DNA of 59,285 nucleotides from assembly GCA_003427395.1 (NCBI GenBank), contig BFEA01000025.1, forward strand, positions 4,706,352 to 4,765,636. The letters are read 5' to 3'. The position numbers and the translations under genes are program-made. Source of the DNA: Chara braunii (lineage: Eukaryota > Plantae > Charophyceae). Numbering within the stretch: position 1 is the stretch's first letter; each line of letters starts with the position of its first letter. This document shows positions 1 to 11,400 of the stretch, piece after piece. The notes beneath the pieces are model-generated. The model made no database searches and was not told the origin of the DNA. It saw only the letters and a program-made list of their open reading frames with translations.

Positions 1-688
1 TTATCACTTACAGTGTAATCAGTGAGGGGATTCTACAGACTGTTGAGGGTCCAGCCTCCTGATGAGTCGGTGAAACTCCGACGAAACAGTTTGTCACATC
101 CCCTCGTTTGTTGTCCTCTTCTCCCTCTCTGCCTACGGTTTACCGGGCAGTTCTATTTGACGATATATATATGTGAGTATGATATGTATGGGACTAGGGG
201 TGTATTGTGGTTTCACGCTTAATTGAAACCGCCCAAGTCGACTGGAGTACATTTTCTCCTCAGGAGATCAGCGCCCTAAGTGACGAGCGGCGTCCCGGTT
301 CAACAGGCGTTTTAATCACGTGTGCCTATACTACAGTGAGCGAGCAAACACCCTCACCTGACTCACCTCTGCGATTGCATGTAAAAGCTTCCGCATGTGG
401 GTCAGTAGCTCGGTGGGGATACGCCCCTAAGGGTGGTGGCATCCCCTTAGGGAAGAAAGCTTATGCCCCGCTAGAACCTATCCTGTCGTAGGGGACCGCG
501 GGATATACAGCTGGCGCACCCGGCTAGATCGGTAAAAGGACGACGAGGCCTCGACCGTCTCGGCTGCTCGCGGGATTATTTTGCGTCGTCCTCAAGTTGT
601 CTCTAAGTCTTGTTTTAACTCCTGCGTGACGCGGTCGGGAGGGCCTTTGCTTTTTCGTGAGAAAAGGTGGGGGCCGATGCGCGTGACA
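1..688 (+). mobile_element. 3' part of the 5' LTR of a Ty3/Gypsy element (truncated by the window start); ends ...TGACA
   Basis: Ends in CA two bases before a PBS. 163-679 matches 11805-12310 in inverted orientation and resembles 23020-23535 and 32485-32930. Confidence 0.8.
35..94 (+). ncRNA. Type III hammerhead ribozyme (GUU cleavage triplet, predicted cut after 44)
   Basis: Stem III ACAGACUGU/ACAGUUUGU, stem I GAGG/CCUC, core CUGAUGA (59-65), stem II GUCGG/CCGAC, GAAA (83-86). Confidence 0.88.
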
Positions 689-690
689 AG

Positions 691-708
691 TGGCGTCGTT
701 GCTGGGTA
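691..708 (+). promoter_or_regulatory. Primer-binding site, tRNA-Asp type (Athila/Tat-like non-chromovirus)
   Basis: TGGCGTCGTTGCTGGGTA versus the plant tRNA-Asp complement TGGCGCCGTTGCCGGGGA, directly after the LTR terminal CA. Confidence 0.75.
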
Positions 709-895
709 TAACGGCAAACTACCGTTGTCCCTGGTGAACGACACTCGGGTAAGAAAATATTAAGAAATTATAATCTAAGCTTGTTTTTGTTTTGTTGTCA
801 TATGAAAAGCTAGAAAAATTTTACAGGGATGGAAAAACAAGGAATAGTTGATTGAAATATGAATGTGTGATGTTATTGTTCTTGTGCTACTCAAA

Positions 896-2465
896 ATGGA
901 TGGCGGAAATGGCGATGAAATGAGGAATGATATCAGAGAGTTGGCCAAGGCGATTCAAAAATCAGCCACTCAAAAGGATCAGCTTCCAAAAGTGGAAGTG
1001 TCCTTGTTTGATGGCAACAACGCCTCAGGTTGGACCGAGAAGTTCGAGCTGTTAGCAAGTTGTTGATAATAGACTGATGCAGAAATATTGCAGAAAGTAA
1101 AGCGATACTGCAAGGTATAGTATAAAGAGGAGTTGATGACCCTGGTAAGTGAATCAAAAGATTGGGCTGAATTCAAGGAAAAATTGCTCGATAAATATCA
1201 ACTGGGAGATCAGTTGTTGGATTTAGCTGATCTCCGGAAAGTCGCCGGCGGAAGTTTGGGTCGGCTAAGCAATTCCTCACTGAATTTGTGCGAGTTGCTC
1301 GGCTGATACCTGATCTGCCTGATAAGGACAAATGCCTTATCTTTTTGGATAACTTTTTGAAGGTTGAGCATAGGGAATTAATGAAAGACATGCAAGGGCA
1401 ATATGATTGGCCGAAAATAGAAGTCAATCTCCTGGCAGGGAGTTTCAACCAAATGCTTTATCGGCTGTTGAAACAGCGAAAAGAAGATCGTGAAAAGGAG
1501 GATATTGGAAAAGACAAGGATGGTGAAGTTCTTAAGACTTGTCGGATATGAAGGAAATAATGGCAGATATGCGCCCAAAACTTCTAAAGTTTGAGATTAT
1601 GATGGTTAAGGCAAAGGGAGGTAAGAGAAAAGGGAAGGAAGTTGTTGTTGCAAGCAGCAGTGAAAGTGAGAGCGAGGAAGACGAACCCCCTAAAAAGCTG
1701 ATGAAAGCCGAAAGGAATGCCTTGAATCAAATTCGAGGGGGTCAAGGAACTTCAAAGAAACAATGAAAGAATGGCGGGAACGGCGGAAACATTTAGACAC
1801 AGCCTGAGCAGTCCTAACCCAACCCAAGTCGGCAACAAGCTGGAGGGGGCCGTTGAAACGGACGAGGGAATTTTTGTGGACGCGGTAATTGGAGTAAGGA
1901 TCTTACATGAAAGTATTGCGTGCAAAAGGGGCACGTTATGCGATTTCGTCAAAACCTCGCTAAAGACGAGATAGACAAAATCGTATATACTACCATTCGT
2001 GGGGAAGTCTTCGATTTTGAGGGAAATATTATGGATTCGGACATCGAAGGAGGCATAAGGAAAGAAGTTTTCCGCCGAATGGGAAAGAGTTTGCCGGCCA
2101 CCTTCAGGATGGCATCACCTGAAGAAGAAGAATTCTTCCGAATGAAAGAAGCATTTCAATCTTTACAGATTGATGATTCAGATGTGGAACTGGGGGAACT
2201 AACGGAACAAGAAGAAATGCTCGCTCAGCGGGCACGGAAAGTAACTGAGAGAATGAGAAAATGCCGAGACACGGTCGTCCAGCTGTGTCTCGACATGGAT
2301 GAAGAATGGCCGGGTCTACCTAATATGTACCTATTTGGAGGATGGGATAGACCTGATAATACCTCTCCGGTTGCACCTGAATCTTCATCTGGTCCTAGGG
2401 CCATGGCTGCTAATGTGATTTATCGGCCTGTACTTAAGCGAACAACTCCGACGATATTACCATAA
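896..2465 (+). pseudogene. Degenerate gag with a decayed CCHC zinc knuckle
   Basis: Fragmented ORFs ('VSLFDGNNASGWTEKFE', 'KCLIFLDNF'). At about 1908-1950 the frame reads *KYCVQKGHVMRFR, a broken Cx2Cx4Hx4C. Confidence 0.6.
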
Positions 2466-2776
2466 GTACGTAGAACTCGAAAGGCCTTGAGAAAAAATAC
2501 GGCAGCAGAAAGTACGTTTAGGGAACCGGTAGAATAAGTCCTTATTCCGGATGATGAGGAGAGCGATTCAGACAAGGAAGATCAGAGACTGCGTACCGAG
2601 GATGAACAACAAGCAAGACAACGCGCTTGAGAACGTGACACTGAGAAAGGAAAGAAGGCAGCCGAGGAGAAGGAGCATCGACGTAAGAAGAATATTTACA
2701 CGATTCCTATTAAGAAGGGGATTGACATTGAACAGATCGTTGATCGCATCCTGAAGAGTCAGCGTGAAAGGAATTT

Positions 2777-3530
2777 TTGGCAACATCTCCTAAAATCGGC
2801 GACGAGCTCAAGCAGCGACTGACGGAGAGAAAGGTAATGACCGTCAAATTTGGGGGCATCATTCCTCCAGAGGCCAATTGGGCACCTGCAGGAACCAAAA
2901 TAGACTGGCGATGTGTTGCTACTAGTCTCCTAAAAGTGCACGTTAGACAAGGTGAGTTTTCTGCCCTGGTTGATGATGGTGCGGACATGAATATCATACA
3001 AGAGAGAAGTCATGGAGGCAGGAATCCGAATCAATCGATCTGATACTGAATTCCGTATAGGTGCGAGTGAATCAACTCCCTTCTGCGGCACGACTAGCGA
3101 CGTCATGGTCACAGTGGGAAAGGTGAAAGCACGTTCCTACTTTTTATATTCTGCCAGAGTTGAGCATGAGGTCTTGCTGGGAATACCATTTTTATGCGGA
3201 ACCGAGAGTTTGATTATTAATAAGCATGATGGTTCAATGTTTGTCGCATTGTGTGACCTTATGTTTGGATATTACGAAGTGAGAAAATGCGAGAACACGG
3301 GGCCTGAAAACTCGAGGAACCGGCTCAATCCCGGATCCTACTCTTTCCCAGAGTCAGAAAGACTTATGAGAGAAAAAAAGTCATTTGATGGTTATGAAGA
3401 GCCCATAAAATTTTCTATTGCTTTGTCAAACATATCACAGACAATAAATTTTCTTTCAACCGAATCCTCGATTGATCCTGGATTGGTGCAGGCATTAACC
3501 GATGTGATAGCTGATGTGGGAAGCGCATAA
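2777..3530 (+). pseudogene. Retroviral-type aspartic protease region (frameshifted)
   Basis: 'FSALVDDGADMNII' catalytic motif and downstream 'EVLLGIPFL'. Confidence 0.8.
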
Positions 3531-3778
3531 AATATGACTTTGACATATCCATTGGACGCACCTCAGGAGGTGAGTACTCTGGTTATGCCTGGATCGAAGC
3601 AGGATATTTTTTTAGAGGAAAGAAACTTGTCACGGGATTAAAGCGCAGGCATAAGAAAGTAGGAGTGAAAACGCAGCCTGTGCCTGTTTTGATCACTCAG
3701 GACCAAAAAATTTATTACAAAGAAAAAAGTTAATGAATCAAAACAATAAAGATAAAAACAGAAGAAGGATCGTGTCGA

Positions 3779-5290
3779 TTGACGAGTAATAGAATCAAGA
3801 AAATGATCATTGGATACAACGAATTTCTTACTAAGGTAGAAACTGACTTCCTCGTCGGTACTCTAAAGGACATACATCTTACATATGCCTTTGATGACAA
3901 CGAACGAGGAAGGTTGAATGTTGATATGATCCCAATGATCAGGATACATACGGTACCGCATGAACCATGGAATATAAGAGGTCCACGATATCCAAATTCA
4001 AACGATCACCGCAGGGTAATTGAGTACCTGGATGGGAAAATTCAGACGAAAGTGGCAGACTATTCTTACGGTCTATATGCATCTCCATTGTTTTGTTTTA
4101 TTAAGTCAAATGACGTCTTCAGATGGTCCAGGACCTGCAGACGTTGAATGTAGTGACGGTTCGAGATGCGAGTGGACTTCCACATGCAGATCAACTGTCA
4201 GAATCATGCGCATGAAGATCTATCATAACATTGATTGACCTGTATTCAAGTTACAATCAATTCCCCTTGTATATGGCAGGTAGACCCATGACGGCAATGC
4301 ATATGCCTAGGGGATTGATCCACATTTGCTCAGCACCTCAAGGCTGAACAAATGTCGTCGCTATTGTACAACGATATATGATGAGGGTCATGCAGTCACT
4401 CTGTCCGGACGTGACCTCACCATACATCGACGATGTGACTATTCCAAGACCTCGTGTAAAAGACGAGACTGAAGTGTTACCGGACATTCGCAAGTTTGTA
4501 TGTGAACATATTCGTGATGTAGAAAAGGTCATGCGAAAGCTGAAAGAGTATAACCTCACGGCTAGCGGTGTCAAATCAAGACATTGCATGCGGGATGTGA
4601 CAATTTTTTTATTTTTATGCGATGAGAAGGGTCGTCGGTCAGATACAAAGAAGACGAACAAAATTTTAGAATGACCGCCTTCTTTCAAATTCATCACTGA
4701 TGTACGAAGCTTTCTTGGGACCTGTGGGTTTTGACATATCTTTATCCGAAGGTTTGTATCAAGGGTAGAACACTTGAGGAAATTGATACGCAAAAACCAA
4801 GATTGGGAATAGGGATCCGGACAACAGGCAGCAGTAGACGACATGAAGGTTGCATTTCGAAAAAGGGGAATGATTCTCGGCGTTCCTTGCTTCGATAACG
4901 ATCCGAATCGACCCTTCATCGTGGAGACAGATGCAGGACCCACAACACTGGGTGGGGTCTTAATTCAAAAAGATAAGGAGGGACGAGAACGACCATTAAG
5001 ATTTGAAAGTCGAACTTTGAATATCGTCGAGCATAATTATTCCAATTTCAAGAAAGAAATGTTGGTTGTACTGCATCGTCTTCGTAGATTTCGTAACTAG
5101 GTATTTGGGAGACGTTTTGTTTTGCGAGTGGATCCGACGGCTCTGGCTCAATCATTGAATACTTATTCTCCTTCGGATCCAACCGTCGCTCGATGGCTAA
5201 CGTATATATGGATGTTTGATTTTGAGATCGAGCGTATTTCCGGTACTCAAAACCGGGCAGATGAACTGAGTCGGATTGAATGAGATTCGT
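3779..5290 (+). pseudogene. Reverse transcriptase and RNase H (multiple stops and frameshifts)
   Basis: 'YASPLFCFIK', 'PQG*TN', 'SPYIDD', 'VRSFLGTCGF*', 'RPFIVETDAG...GGVLIQ...RPLRFESRTLN...NYS..KKEML'. Confidence 0.92.
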
Positions 5291-5748
5291 CCAAGGATCA
5301 GGCAGAGGACTCAATCCCTGTGGATAACTTCTTGGATAAAGAGGAACATCGGCGAAGTATTAATTTTATTAATTACTTAGAGAATACTTCTTCTCGATCT
5401 GGAAAATCTATTTGGAATGCACCTAATTCTTATCAGGTACGTTCTGAACTTGTGACGGGTGAAACTTTTGTTGAAGAATATCCATGGGGGGAGAGGACTG
5501 CAGAACAGATGATAAGTTTGACATTATCCGGCTCAGTCAGCATCACAGACAAATCTCTGATGATCGAGGGAGGTTACGAGCAAGTTGATAAAACCTCTAG
5601 AACTTGTGGGGGTTTGTTATTTCTGGTGAATTCCTTGATTCAAGAGGATCATCTCAAGATGATGACAGAAAAATGGGAAAGCAGTGAGATCAGGGAAGCC
5701 TTTCGTAAAGATGCGTATGACAAAATATACCAGAAAATTTGATTATGG

Positions 5749-6943
5749 TTGAATAGGAAAGTTGGTAAAGGTGAGGTGAATCTAGAAATTCACTTGAAAA
5801 GTAAGAATTTTTTTGTCAGGTATAACCATCTCTTTAAAAAATCCGACAATGGCATTCCAAGGAGTGTGGTATGTGGATTAACAAGACAGCTTGACGTGAT
5901 TGCCGCTCTGGATGATGCAGTACCAGACGGTCACAGATCGGCACGCGTCACATTACAAAAAAATCAACATCTTTACTTATGGGAAGGGATGGGGAAAATG
6001 GTTGTTGACTTTTGTAACTCTTGCGTCCTTTGTCAGAAGCGTTCGAATCTTCGGTATGTTGAATCGCTTAATCCTCGGTATGTGACTGAGTCAGGTGTTG
6101 TAGTCCATCTCGACCTTCTTTGATGTCAGGGATAACTTAACCGGCTTCGTCGATGGATGTGCAATCCGTGAATGAACTGGGAAAGTGCTGGCAGGATGTA
6201 TTGAGGAATTTTACCTTCGATATCCGTTCATCCGCGAATTCGTGATAGATCGAGGTGGGAAATTTTGTGCAGAGGACGTACAAGCTGTTTTGAAAAAGCT
6301 CAGTGTAAATTATAGTTACACCACCAGAGCTCATCCACGGGCTATCGCTCCAGTCAAACGAGGACACGCTACTCTGACCAACTTATTGGCAAAGTGGTAT
6401 GCGGGTAATCCATCAAGATGGTCTGTTTATCTGAGGGCAGCAATGCTCGTGAAAAACATTACTATCAAGCGAACAACTGGGTACGCTTTTGTGACTCTAT
6501 AGTTCGGTCGACATGCAACATTCCCAATCGAAAGCTTTCTGACTACCTGGCAGAAGCAGGATATGGAAACTAATATTTTTATGGAAGAGTTACTTGACCT
6601 CAGGGCAAGGCAAATAATGATCACAGAGGAGAAGATTGCGGAGGTTGATGCATCGACTGCAGAAAGCAGGCAGACAGACAAGGACAGATGGGATAAGTGG
6701 CCTCGAGTCCGTAAAGAGCGTTTAGAAGCAGGCGATATTGTTCTCCTCTACGATTCATCTATGGAAAAAGAATGGTCAAGGAAGTTGGACAGCCGATGGT
6801 TGGGACCGTATCGCATTGTCAGAAAAACAAATTATGGAGCATACGAGATCGAGGAAATGGATGGGACACGTGGTCGGAATTGGGTTTTTGGTTCTCATTA
6901 CGGAAGTTCATTCAGAGGGATTGAGAGCAACGGTTGTTTTTGA
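5749..6943 (+). pseudogene. Integrase (HHCC zinc finger, DDE core, GPY/F motif), disrupted
   Basis: 'GH...YLWEGMGKMVVDFCNSCVLCQ', 'VIDRGGKF', 'AHPRAIAPVKRGH', 'KLDSRWLGPYRIV'. Confidence 0.9.
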
Positions 6944-9192
6944 AATTCTCTGTAAAATATGACAACTCTGGTTTTTCATTTGAGAGATAACAACTGAAGC
7001 ATAGCTTAGGATGTGACTTCTTTTTGTTTTCTTATTAGAGGTATTTTTTATTTTCTATACAATTGCTGATATTCATTCTGAATCTCCTTACAGTCCAGTA
7101 ATAAAATATTGTGATAAAAGTGGTGACGACTTTAAACTTTCAAATGTGTTTTTTCTTTTTCCTGTGAGTGATTGTGGATACACTTTTGTGAATGACTGAG
7201 TTTATGTGAATGACTATGCATGTGAAAGGATAAGAATATTTGGCATGAAGATACTCTATCTCATATCCTGTTGTGACAAAATTTCTGAAAGATATGAGCC
7301 ATGTAGGTGGTAATGAGGCTCATGCCAGAACTTTGTTCCAGGTCCATAACGGGATGTTGTCATCTTCCTTGTGGAAGGGGGTGGCTACATTATGATCGAA
7401 AAGAAGGAAGGTTTTGCGATTTTATCAGGGCGTTGTCAGTAGAGTAGGCGACCACGATTTACTGCGAGGGTTGGGTTGGTCTCATAACTTTGAAATAGTC
7501 AGGGTCGCCTTGTCCTCATAACTAAGGTTTAACCAACCTCTGGTTGTATAGGAGAAGGTTGTCTTACCCTATTAGCAGCAGAATGATAAGATTGTGAGAC
7601 TGGAATCGGAGGGAAGGTGGTGAGACTGGAATCGGAGGGAAGGTGGTGAGGCCTGTCTTATCCTTCAAAGGATTACACCACTCCTCGACGTTAATCACAT
7701 GAGAGTCAAAATAGTCCTACATGGTATGCTATCGAGTATCAAAAGGATGAGTTCACTCTGTTGGATGAATAAAAGGAAGATGTGGATAGATTTTTTCTCT
7801 CATGAATGGTTAAAATCCAGGACATTAATACATTTTGAAAGACCTGCAGGGGTTAATCCTGACTCATTTGGGAAACAAGGTTAAACGCAAGTTTTCTGTG
7901 AATGGAGAAAAAAAACTTGAGGTATTTGTTTTGATGTTTTTCCTGACTGTAGTATAATGTGAGTACCCTTATGTGTACGGGAGACCCAGGTTAAATTCAT
8001 GGCGGCGTTGTGTACGTTGAGGTGTTATGAAGAGCATCCCTGTAAGCTCAAGAGACCCGGGTTAGATTCCCGACAATTAAGGAAATTCCCCAAGTGGATA
8101 AGAATAACATTATCGATTGATCAGATTATGTTTGGATCTAGCTGGAGGGTTTCCAGTACCTTTATGAGAGACAAAATTTTGAGTGGTCGCCAGTGGGATA
8201 ATGCTGGAACCATCCAGAAAGAAGTCCACATAAATTGAAGGCATCAAACCAGCAGTATCAGCACATATTTTGGTAAAAAGGGGAGGTTATCTATCATAGT
8301 TTTTTTCTGGTAAACACCTCTTATATGACGATTTTGGATAAAAGTGAATGACGTGCAAGTCATTCATTGCGGCCTGGGAATGTTGTCCGGACAGAAACCC
8401 TGACAAGGGTATCTGCCCTGTATTTTCAATATCGGATGGTGTCTGAATTCTTATGAAAGTTTTGAACGGTTTGGTCTGATAAAATAGAAATACTGCCGGA
8501 ATGTTCCGACCCGTCCACGATTTGAATGAAATTTAAAATTTTATGCAGTCGTTTATTTGTCGACAGATGTAATGGCAAGGGTGGACGGTGTAACCAGACG
8601 CCCTTACATTAAAAACGAGGCCGGAAAGAGAGACGGCGGTGAAAACACTAAAATAAAATATTGTTTTGACTAAAATTTGGTCGCGCGACTGTTAAGCCGC
8701 GCGATTCGGGACCAGAAAAACCAAAAATTAGTCATGTCAGGGGTACGGCGGCAATAAGAAGGGCTAACATGGCTAAGAGTGTCGTGTCACTTCAAAGAGA
8801 AGGTACCGTCAGGGGTCCGAGGGCGAATCCACGGACAAAAAAGGTGGATTGCCTGGCCTACTGGGCCAAACCCAGTTGGCCACGTGACGGTGCGACCTGC
8901 CCTTGTAAGGGATAGGTAGACTGTACATGTCTAGCCTGGAACGTAGGCAGCCTACAAGGCGGCAACCCTTCAAATAGAAGGGCAGTTGGTATAGCTCCCG
9001 TGATAGGAGCTAGCACAGTAGGTACAATATTTGACTTCCACTCAGCTGATGCTGGGATCGAGCCTCATGATACTCTACCTCAGCGAGCTCCTTTTTGGAA
9101 TTGCCCACTACATGAGCATGAGGCGCGACCATTTTCGGTCGTGAGATCGTTAGATCGTTAGATCTCACGGCCGAAATCGGCCGCGTGATCGG

Positions 9193-9240
9193 AGCATGGC
9201 CCCTGCGCAAGGATGACACGCATAAATCAAGAAATGGCAA
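9193..9240 (+). pseudogene. U6: U6 snRNA 3'-half fragment
   Basis: AGCATGGCCCCTGCGCAAGGATGACACGCATAAATCAAGAAATGG matches the plant U6 AGC triad, ISL and 3' region; the 5' stem and ACAGAGA box are absent. Confidence 0.93.
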
Positions 9241-9568
9241 AAAAAAAAGGGGGGGAGGCTGGTGCAGGCTGCAGTGGCCGTTGGCTTATGCCAACGACAT
9301 TTCTCGTTAAAAAAAAAAAAAAAAAAAAAAAAAAACAAGCGTCAGATGGCGCCCCGAGAAGAACAGAGACCTATACTCCTTGAAAAGTAGACACCATTTT
9401 CAACGGTGTCAGACCATTTTTTTTGTTTTTTCTGCTCTTAGATTTTTTTATATTTTTTTTATATTTTTTTTTTTTTTAATTTTAGTTCAGCGCCCGTTCA
9501 TTTTAAAAACGGGCAGCTCGGCATTGTAACGCCTGAACTAGACGCTTATGACGCCTAGGTGCAGGCGC

Positions 9569-9607
9569 AGAGAGAGAGAGAGAGAGAGAGGAAGAGAGAG
9601 AGAGAGA

Positions 9608-9647
<40 letters not shown>
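9569..9647. repeat. (GA)n microsatellite
   Basis: Direct reading; abuts the hammerhead region. Confidence 0.95.
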
Positions 9648-9652
<5 letters not shown>

Positions 9653-9684
9653 AAAAAAAAAAAAGGGGGGGGGATGATTGTGCC

Positions 9685-9739
9685 TGGCTGTTTCGTCGGG
9701 CTTGCACCGACTCATTAGGGGGCTGCACCCTGACAGCCA
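9685..9739 (-). ncRNA. Type III hammerhead ribozyme, likely inactive (core CUAAUGA)
   Basis: Reverse complement UGGCUGUC-AGGG-UGCAG-CCCC-CUAAUGA-GUCGG-UGCAAGC-CCGAC-GAAA-CAGCCA, with G-to-A changes at the core (9716) and the first stem I base (9731). Confidence 0.85.
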
Positions 9740-11109
9740 ACGACAGGATGAGCAAAATCGAATGAATCATCCTCTAGAACGTGGCAGTATGCATGACCCA
9801 CTGCTGTTTGGAATGCCCAGGCGTTCGTTTCGTCTTCTTTAGCAGACAAAATGAAAAACGAGGTAAGTCTCTTTTTCTTTCTTTCTTTTTTCTCTTATTG
9901 TTTTTTTTTTTTTTTTTTCTCAGTTCGTAACTGTTGGGAAAAAAAAAAAAAAAACGAGGCAATTGCCTCGTGAGGAACAAAAGGAAGAACAGTCTTTTCA
10001 GGTTGTATGGGAGCAGGACCAACTCCACATTCAGAAAAGCCACAAATATTTGTGGCCGCGAGATCTATAACCTCACGGCTCACGATGATGCGCGCGTGGG
10101 AATGAGACTGTGGGAGTTGGTTGGAGGGAGAGAGAGGATAACGTGGGAGTTGGGAGGAGGAGGTCCTACTCCTCCCAATTTACCAACTACCCTCCCCGTT
10201 TTCAGGGGAGGGTAGAGAAAAATGAGGAAAGGTTGTTGCATGCAACAACATGCACCTAGCTGGGGAAAGGGCCGGGTGTAGTATAGTTAGGATTAGTTTT
10301 ATTTTATTTTTCTTTTAGTTCTTTTTCTTTATTTGTGAAAGGACACTTGTCCTCACGAGGTGTTACCTCTAGTACAAGCTGCTAGATGTAACTGTTAGGC
10401 TCCTGTTTTTGAAGGGAGCCTGGAAATTGAGGGGCCACAAAGAAAAAGGCTAAGTACAACCTTTTCCCCGATGTATCTGCCCTGAAAGGGTCTAGATACA
10501 TCAAACTGAAAGGGGTTGTATCTCTCCAACCCCTTATCAGAAAAAAAAACAAAAAAATAGTTTTGAAAATGGCAGGAGCCCAACTATCTCGTGACATTCC
10601 GAGATAGTTGGGAAAAAGAAAAGAAAAAATAAAATGGGGTAGTTAAAGAAACTGCCCCACACTAAGGTTGTGGTTGTGGTGCGGCCACAGTTAGCCCTGG
10701 ATCTCGGCAAGATCAAGGGCTCAGTGTGAGCCCGCGATTTTTCCTGGGGGCTGGAGTGACGTCCAACCCTCCTCAACCACTATAAGACTGGCAGCTATCC
10801 CCTAGCTGCCTCACAAAGCACTCGTGCTGTGATTGAGTGACGTGCACACTTGAGTGTTGCTTGGTTGCTGGGAAGCTGCTAGAGGCAATGTGGGAGGAGG
10901 ACTAGTGTTCTGTAGAGGAGCGCGAGGAGAGGAGCTAGGCAGCCATAGCTAAGGCAGGGAGCACTCTGTTCCCCTCCCCTTTGGCTGGTGCTGGTCCCAC
11001 GGGACTGACCCAGGAACGTTGCGTGATTACAACAGTACGGCGGTGTGGAATCTGGGCCAGGGGCCCAAATTTTACTAATTTTGGTCAGTCATTTTTCCAC
11101 TGTAGTGAG

Positions 11110-11400
11110 GAAATGTTGCCGAAATTTCACATCGGCGGGTAAGCGGCGACAAGGTTGTTGACGACCATACCGGCGGTGGTGTGGAAGCGCTGCCGGATTT
11201 TTGCGACGACAGATCTAGTTTTTGCGATAGTGATGCGGAAGCGCTGCCAGATTTTTGCGACGACAGTTCTGGTTTTCACGGCGGTGGTGCAGAAGCTCTG
11301 CTGATTTTTGCGTCGACGACACTAATTTTAACGGCTGACGTGTGGAAACGCTGCCGAATTTTTTTTAGCAACGACATTAGTTTTACGGCGGTGCCAACAA
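11110..11400 (+). repeat. Degenerate ~54-bp tandem repeat (about 4-5 units) containing GCTGCCGRATTTT
   Basis: GGAAGCGCTGCC-like motif at about 11183, 11237, 11291, 11344; 18-aa periodicity in ORF 11181-11414. Confidence 0.75.

Larger units (their letters stand above)
8382..10543 (+). mobile_element. ~2.2-kb LTR-associated cargo module, copy 1 (hairpin + U6 3' half + A/T tracts + (GA)n + antisense hammerhead)
   Basis: Collinear, high-identity inverted match to 12393-14585 from GTTGTC...ACAGAAACCCTGACAAGGGTATC to CCCCTTATCAGAAA. Confidence 0.85.

Noticed and set aside
10340-10380. HDV-like ribozyme fold around CTTGTCCTCACGAGG...ACAAG
   Set aside because: No P1.1 GG, P4 or catalytic J4/2 segment.
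8382-10543. Calling module copy 1 the 3' LTR paired with 1-688
   Set aside because: No clear PPT before it, it is not followed by the LTR 3' segment seen at 163-688, and its hammerhead has the opposite orientation and different stems.
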